A model generated the notes under the pieces. It ran no database searches. It was not told the DNA's origin and saw nothing but the letters and a program-made list of their open reading frames with translations. Of a DNA stretch of 40,419 nucleotides, positions 1 to 40,419 are shown piece by piece (the stretch's first letter is position 1; the number at the start of each line of letters is the position of its first letter). The position numbers and the translations under genes are program-made. The stretch is from Tubiluchus corallicola (taxonomy: Eukaryota; Animalia; Priapulida): positions 1 to 40,419 of the forward strand of contig JAQGDQ010001452.1 in NCBI GenBank assembly GCA_030141605.1, in the 5' to 3' direction.

Positions 1-214
1 TTTGAGACAATCGTTGTATAAATTTAGCAATCAAGCTTTCACAACTTTAGCATCTGAGTGTGAAAGTGAAAACGAAATCTAAAAACTACAGAAAGAACCA
101 AGTCCAAAAAAAAAACAACTTGAAGAAATATCTGTCTCATTTATATCATAAATATGGAAATAAATGAATGTTTTGCATTTGAATTTGTCATGCAGCAAAG
201 ACAATGTCTACAAA

Positions 215-1060
215 AGTTACGTACGTTGTGTAACTGTCCTTTAGGGTACGACATTCATTCATAGTTACGTACGTTGTGTAACTCTGCTTTAGGGTATGAC
301 ATTCATTCATAGTTACGTACGTTGTGTAACTCTGCTTTGGGGTATGACATTCATTTATAGTTACGTACGTTGTGTAACTGTGCTTTAGGGTATGACATTC
401 ATTCATAGTTACGTACGTTGTGTAACTCTGCTTTGCGGTATGACATTCATTCATAGTTACGTACGTTGTGTAACTCTGCTTTGCGGTATGACATTCATTC
501 ATAGTTACGTACGTTGTGTAACTCTGCTTTAGGGTATGACATTCATTCATAGTTACGTACGTTGTGTAACTCTGCTTTGGGGTATGACATTCATTCATAG
601 TTACGTACGTTGTGTAACTGTGCTTTAGTATATGACATTCATTCATAGTTACGTACGTTGTGTAACTCTGCTTTAGGGTATGACATTCATTCATAGTTAC
701 GTACGTTGTGTAACTCTGCTTTAGGGTATGACATTCATTCATAGTTACGTACGTTGTGTAACTCTGCTTTAGGGTATGACATTCATTCATAGTTACGTAC
801 GTTGTGTAACTCTGCTTTAGGGTATGACATTCATTCATAGTTACGTACGTTGTGTAACTCTGCTTTAGGGTATGACATTCATTCATAGTTACGTACGTTG
901 TGTAACTCTGCTTTAGGTTATGACATTCATTCATAGTTACGTACGTTGTGTAACTCTGCTTTAGGTTATGACATTCATTAATAGTTACGTACGTTGTGTA
1001 ACTCTGCTTTAGGGTATGACATTCATTCATAGTTACGTACGTTGTGTAACTCTGCTTTAG

Positions 1061-1078
<18 letters not shown>
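215..1078 (+). repeat. 48-bp minisatellite, 18 copies, unit spans a splice acceptor plus the first 18 nt of the following exon
   Basis: Unit AGTTACGTACGTTGTGTAACTCTGCTTTAG|GGTATGACATTCATTCAT; 864 bp = 18 x 48; the last unit runs straight into coding sequence at 1061. Confidence 0.95.
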
Positions 1079-11526
<10,448 letters not shown>

Positions 11527-11730
11527 CTTTGAGAAAAACCTTTAACCCGGAGATAAACATTTATTTTAATGTTCAGTACCTTAATCGCATACATTAATTA
11601 CCTAGTTATTAATAAACTTAGTAACAATGACTCTCATGTTTTTGCATAACTTACTTGTCAGTTTTAAACTTTTGTAAGAAAATACAAGCAGAAAAATATC
11701 TCGACTCGTGTTTACATTGAGACAATTAAA

Positions 11731-11821
11731 AGACACGCCAAGACACGCCAAGACACGCCATGGCACGCCAAGACACGCCAAGATACGCCAAAGCACATCA
11801 AGACATATTAAGACACGCCAG
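11731..11821. repeat. 10-bp tandem repeat (GACACGCCAA), about 9 copies
   Basis: Direct inspection; lies in the likely 3' UTR of gene 1. Confidence 0.85.
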
Positions 11822-11984
11822 GACATACTTGACTTCTGAGGTGACAAAGACCTAGACGCCATTTTTATTTGAACTTGTAACGATGATACAGCTGACACAT
11901 TCACGTTAAAGATCTTCATTTTCCTTGTTTTCCACGCTGACCTGGTTTTTAAGCATGATTTACATCTTCATTAAGGTTTCTATA

Positions 11985-11990
11985 AATAAA
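11985..11990 (+). promoter_or_regulatory. Candidate polyadenylation signal of gene 1
   Basis: AATAAA followed by GT-rich TTGTCTTTGTCTTTGT; another AATAAA at 11611-11616. Confidence 0.4.
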
Positions 11991-12419
11991 TATAATGAAC
12001 ATAAAACGACTTGTCTTTGTCTTTGTCTCTGCACACGACGTTAGCACGCAGAATTTTCGTAAACGTATAATTGTCCTTATCAGTGATGAGCTGGTGGCAG
12101 TGAATATATCCGAAAACCTATGTAAATTTATCTATAAAATATTATCAGTTTAAAAAAATAAATATGATAGCAGCAAAGTTAATCTACTATCTTCTTTCTG
12201 TGTTGCCCTTTCTTGGGCACTCTGTGTTTTTACATGGCTTTCTGAATTTCTTTTTCTTACGTATGTTTCCTGACGGTTGCCACACGCAAAGCTGTGCATT
12301 CGTTACTGAGATCGAACTGATTGGCCTCTGATTGGCCATTTGAAGAAAGTACTAAGTACGCAGAATTTGTTTCGTTATTTTCAGCAAGAGTTGCCATTGT
12401 TTTCATCAGAAACAAGACA

Positions 12420-12646
12420 ATGAGGAAAGAAAGATGGGAGACAGAAAGAGGTAGAGAGAAAAAGGAGAGAAAGCGAGAGAGAGAGATTTAGAGAGGAGAG
12501 AGAAAGAGAGAAAGAGAAAGGAGAAAGAGATAGACAGAAAGAGGGAAAGAGAAAGAAAAGAGAGAGAGAGAGCATGTGCGTGTGAGCGAGAGAAAGAGAA
12601 AGAAAGAGAAAGGAGAGAGAGAGAAAGAGATAGACAGAAAGAGGGA

Positions 12647-12688
<42 letters not shown>

Positions 12689-12828
12689 ATGTGCGTGTGA
12701 GCGAGATAAAGAGAAAGAGAGAGAGAGAGCATGTGTGTGTGAGCGAGAGAAAGAGAAAGAGAAAGAAAGAGAGAGAGGGGGGTGGGAGAGAGAGAGAGAG
12801 AAAGAGAGAGAGGTAGGGGAGAAAAAGA
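12420..12828. repeat. (GA)n-rich tract between the two genes
   Basis: Direct inspection. Confidence 0.9.
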
Positions 12829-13271
12829 ATAATATCAACTTACCGTGTAAGTTTACTCTTTAGTGAAGCTAAGAAAACGCAACGCCTTAGCGGTCAGACT
12901 TACTTTTCAAGTTTTTTACGTTTAGTGAAATCATTGCGTCACTTAGCAACAGTAGTAATAGTAAATGCTGCATTGTGAACTTTTCACGGGTATCAGTTTT
13001 CATCACCGCTACAAATTCAGCGTGAATTTATCAGGAGGCTAAGTGGCCGTCTCTAGATGTGCGCGCAGGCATCATTGACAGCGCACCTGTATACCTGAGA
13101 GTATGTTAATAAACATCGGGAAAGGAACGGCTGAGCAGCTTGAGCAACACAACGTGTATCTGAACACTTCCTTGATAACATGACTCATCGAAATACCATC
13201 AGAATCCGATTTTTTGATATTTAATGTTGAAAATTTTGCGCTTTTAAAGTGCTTTGGTATAAAACATTACC

Positions 13272-35778
<22,507 letters not shown>

Positions 35779-35989
35779 GTAAGATTGACGTTTAAACATC
35801 TCAGAGAACTTAGTTAAAGAATTTTTAAAAGTTTTACTATAATGTTGATCGTGTATCAGCCAAAACTGTAGTACTAATTACCAAGTAGTTATGTATATAT
35901 ATATATATTGTAGGTCTACGTATAAGCATACAGTTAGGCAGAAATCAACCTACAGCCGTCAGTTATTCGAGATAATGATGCCATACCAA

Positions 35990-36139
35990 TAATGATGGCG
36001 ATGAGCACGACGACGACAACAATGACTACGACGACGATGATGATGTTGATGGTGATGATGATGATGATGTTGTTGTTGATGATGATGATGATGATGGTGG
36101 TGATGATGATAATGATAGTGGTGATGATGATGATGGTGG

Positions 36140-36195
<56 letters not shown>
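35990..36195. repeat. (GAT)n microsatellite
   Basis: Direct inspection. Confidence 0.9.
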
Positions 36196-36196
<1 letters not shown>

Positions 36197-36696
36197 GTGA
36201 TTACTCTTACAACAAAAATTGAAAAAATCAGGTACTTCAGTAGTTACTTTACAATGTACATTGACTGCTACTTTAATTTTTTGTGAGAATTCACGTAATT
36301 TTTAGCTCTCCGTGAAGTTTAACGTGTGGATTCGGATATAAGTAACACTTTTTAGTACAAGGTCACTTTTTTACCTTGTGCATTCTCACTATTATTGCCA
36401 TTAATTTTCTCCGACAATGTCAGAGAAAGGACACCTGGTGGCAGAAAAGTGCATGAACCTTACGCTAACGCGCAGCATTGCGTGTTTCTGCACGACCAAT
36501 AAATTTTGAAAAGATTAGAATTTGAAATTGCACTTTCATTCGCGTGGTACAAACGTCAGGGAAGGAGAGTAAAACAGTTGCCTGTTTGTATCTTAACCAG
36601 CTGCTGCTTTAGGAAAAGAAAAACTGCGAAACTTCCGAGAGAAAACGCCTTTTATCCACATTTTATATTTATCGTTCCTCCCTTTCGTCATTGCTG

Positions 36697-39085
36697 CCAT
36701 AACGTAGGCAATACGTGGTCAAAGTCAAGGGTTGACTTACCATAACGTAGGCAATACGTGGCCAAAGTCAAGGGTTGACTTACCATAACGTAGGCAATAC
36801 GTGGCCAAAGTCAAGGGTTGACTTACCATAACGTAGGCAATACGTGGCCAAAGTCAAGGGTTGACTTACCATAACGTAGGCAATACGTGGCCAAAGTCAA
36901 GGGTTGACTTACCATAACGTAGGCAATACGTGGCCAAAGTCAAGGGTTGACTTACCATAACGTAGGCAATACGTGGCCAAAGTCAAGGGTTGACTTACCA
37001 TAACGTAGGCAATACGTGGCCAAAGTCAAGGGTTGACTTACCATAACGTAGGCAATACGTGGCCAAAGTCAAGGGTTGACTTACCATAACGTAGGCAATA
37101 CGTGGCCAAAGTCAAGGGTTGACTTACCATAACGTAGGCAATACGTGGCCAAAGTCAAGGGTTGACTTACCATAACGTAGGCAATACGTGGCCAAAGTCA
37201 AGGGTTGACTTACCATAACGTAGGCAATACGTGGCCAAAGTCAAGGGTTGACTTACCATAACGTAGGCAATACGTGGCCAAAGTCAAGGGTTGACTTACC
37301 ATAACGTAGGCAATACGTGGCCAAAGTCAAGGGTTGACTTACCATAACGTAGGCAATACGTGGCCAAAGTCAAGGGTTGACTTACCATAACGTAGGCAAT
37401 ACGTGGCCAAAGTCAAGGGTTGACTTACCATAACGTAGGCAATACGTGGCCAAAGTCAAGGGTTGACTTACCATAACGTAGGCAATACGTGGCCAAAGTC
37501 AAGGGTTGACTTACCATAACGTAGGCAATACGTGGCCAAAGTCAAGGGTTGACTTACCATAACGTAGGCAATACGTGGCCAAAGTCAAGGGTTGACTTAC
37601 CATAACGTAGGCAATACGTGGCCAAAGTCAAGGGTTGACTTACCATAACGTAGGCAATACGTGGCCAAAGTCAAGGGTTGACTTACCATAACGTAGGCAA
37701 TACGTGGCCAAAGTCAAGGGTTGACTTACCATAACGTAGGCAATACGTGGCCAAAGTCAAGGGTTGACTTACCATAACGTAGGCAATACGTGGCCAAAGT
37801 CAAGGGTTGACTTACCATAACGTAGGCAATACGTGGCCAAAGTCAAGGGTTGACTTACCATAACGTAGGCAATACGTGGCCAAAGTCAAGGGTTGACTTA
37901 CCATAACGTAGGCAATACGTGGCCAAAGTCAAGGGTTGACTTACCATAACGTAGGCAATACGTGGCCAAAGTCAAGGGTTGACTTACCATAACGTAGGCA
38001 ATACGTGGCCAAAGTCAAGGGTTGACTTACTAACGTAGGTACGTGGCCAAAGTCAAGGGTTGACTTACCATAACGTAGGCAATACGTGGCCAAAGTCAAG
38101 GGTTGACTTACCATAACGTAGGCAATACGTGGCCAAAGTCAAGGGTTGACTTACCATAACGTAGGCAATACGTGGCCAAAGTCAAGGGTTGACTTACCAT
38201 AACGTAGGCAATACGTGGCCAAAGTCAAGGGTTGACTTACCATAACGTAGGCAATACGTGGCCAAAGTCAAGGGTTGACTTACCATAACGTAGGCAATAC
38301 GTGGCCAAAGTCAAGGGTTGACTTACCATAACGTAGGCAATACGTGGCCAAAGTCAAGGGTTGACTTACCATAACGTAGGCAATACGTGGCCAAAGTCAA
38401 GGGTTGACTTACCATAACGTAGGCAATACGTGGCCAAAGTCAAGGGTTGACTTACCATAACGTAGGCAATACGTGGTCAAAGTCAAGGGTTGACTTACCA
38501 TAACGTAGGCAATACGTGGCCAAAGTCAAGGGTTGACTTACCATAACGTAGGCAATACGTGGCCAAAGTCAAGGGTTGACTTACCATAACGTAGGCAATA
38601 CGTGGCCAAAGTCAAGGGTTGACTTACCATAACGTAGGCAATACGTGGCCAAAGTCGAGGGTTGACTTACCATAACGTAGGCAATACGTGGTCAAAGTCA
38701 AGGGTTGACTTACCATAACGCAGGCAATACGTGGCCTAAGTCAAGGGTTGACTTACCATAAGTAGGCAATACGTGGCCAAAGTCAAGGGTTGACTTACCA
38801 TAACGTAGACAATACGTGGCCAAAGTCAAGGGTTGACTTACCATAACGTAGGCAATACGTGGCCAAAGTCAAGGGTTGACTTACCATAACGTAGGCAATA
38901 CGTGGCCAAAGTCAAGGGTTGACTTACCATAACGTAGGCAATGCGCGGTCAAAGTCAAGGGTTGACTTACCATAACGTAGGCAATACGTGGCCAAAGTCA
39001 AGGGTTGACTTACCATAACGTAGGCAATACGTGGCCAAAGTCAAGGGTTGACTTACCAAAACGTAGGCAATACGTGGCCAAAGTC
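36697..39085. repeat. 43-bp highly homogeneous minisatellite, about 55 copies
   Basis: CCATAACGTAGGCAATACGTGGCCAAAGTCAAGGGTTGACTTA, few variants. Confidence 0.97.
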
Positions 39086-39221
39086 TTACCAAAAGTCCCT
39101 TGCTAGACAAGATTTTTAACTTACATGTAGGCAGATATAGCCAATACCAGGCAACACTCAGCAACACTAAAGGACATAAGCGTGTTTGGAGAAAGTCAAA
39201 AATGTGTGGAGAGTAATGATG

Positions 39222-40410
39222 ATATATATTTATTTATTTATTTATTTATTTATTTATTCATTTATTTATATATATATTTATTTATTTATTTCTTCATGTA
39301 TTTATTTATTTATTAGTGTCAAAAATACGTACAAGACATATATACAATTTCAATTATGAAATATAATGACACTATTATTATACAAACAAACAATTACTAA
39401 AAAAAGAAATATTGTTAAATCTTCCTGTTACTTATATTAGTTATTTAATGAAGTGCCTCATTTTCAATAATATGATCATACACTGTAGCAGTACATAACA
39501 TAGGATATTATTCATCATGTCTTAAAAACGCTTGGTGAATAATATACTACGTTATGTACTACTACAATGTTAAGATCACATCATACCATAGAAAATGAGG
39601 CCTAATGAATGACAATTTATTTTAAATACTATTCATTACACTTTCTTTATTCTTTGATGATAATTCTTTATTTGCACAATATATACATACCTGTAAGGCC
39701 TTCTTGCAGGCCAGGGAATATGTACTGTACCATCATAGATGTACACATTTGTACAATACTGTCGATTATATGTCCTTAGTGCCACAAAAAATCATACAGC
39801 CATACGGCTGAAGCCATTCTGTCAGGAACTTGGATTGACAAGTGCAACTCAACCCCCAATCTAGGTGTTGGACAAATGTGCACATCTATGATGGTACAGT
39901 ACATAACCCCCGGCCTGCAAGAAGGCCTTACAGGTATGTATATATTGTGCAAATAAAAATTATCATCAAAGAATAAAAGAAAGTGTAATGAATAGTATTT
40001 AAAATAAATTGTCATTCATTATTATTTCTATGGTATGATGTGATCTTAACATTGTAGTAGTACATAACGTAGTATATTATTCACCAAGCGTTTTTAAGAC
40101 ATGATGAACAATATACTACGTAATGATCATATCATTGAAAATGATATCTAATGAATGACTATTTATTTTAAATACTAATCATTAAACTTTTCGTTAAATA
40201 ACTAATATAACTAACCGAAAGATTTAACAATATTTCTTTTATTAGTAATTGTTTTGTTTGTATGCAGTGTCATTATATTTCATAATTGAAATTGTATATA
40301 TGTCTTGATTTTGTATTGTTCAACATTGATATTGTATGTATCTCTTTATGTATTTTTGACACTAATAAATAAATATATATATAAATAAATGAATAAATAA
40401 TAAATAAATA
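39222..40410. mobile_element. Foldback/long inverted repeat (arms about 39222-39752 and 39872-40410)
   Basis: Arms are reverse complements with indels, e.g. CATACCTGTAAGGCCTTCTTGCAGGCC vs GGCCTGCAAGAAGGCCTTACAGGTATG; spacer about 119 bp. Confidence 0.85.
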
Positions 40411-40419
40411 TCATAAAAT

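Noticed and set aside
35992-36222. Poly-Met ORF
   Set aside because: Translation of a (GAT)n microsatellite
36697-39085. CRISPR-like array with palindromic unit
   Set aside because: No unique spacers, no cas genes, eukaryotic intron context; the same applies to the 48- and 61-bp arrays

Overview
Eukaryotic (metazoan, probably lophotrochozoan judging from the 5S rRNA type) genomic DNA, AT-rich and repeat-dense. It holds two head-to-tail, + strand, intron-containing receptor guanylyl cyclase genes of the natriuretic-peptide-receptor type. Gene 1 (1061..11526) is the 3' part: kinase-homology domain, coiled coil and cyclase, 9 exons, frame intact. Gene 2 (13272..>35778) is the 5' part: signal peptide, extracellular ligand-binding domain, TM and kinase-homology domain, continuing past the window. 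Main signals: (i) gene 2 has two paralogous full-length first exons, each with its own signal peptide and an identical-phase donor, upstream of one shared set of exons, suggesting a variable-exon/constant-exon receptor; (ii) an 18 x 48-bp minisatellite made by tandem amplification of the splice acceptor and first six codons of a gene 1 exon; (iii) a 5S rRNA copy with no terminator fused to an RTE-like body (candidate SINE3); (iv) non-canonical cyclase and kinase-homology residues. Introns also carry hAT-, piggyBac- and pogo-type elements, LINE/SINE/LTR remnants, minisatellites and a long foldback. All exon structures were derived by eye from GT-AG boundaries and frame continuity; no database search was run.
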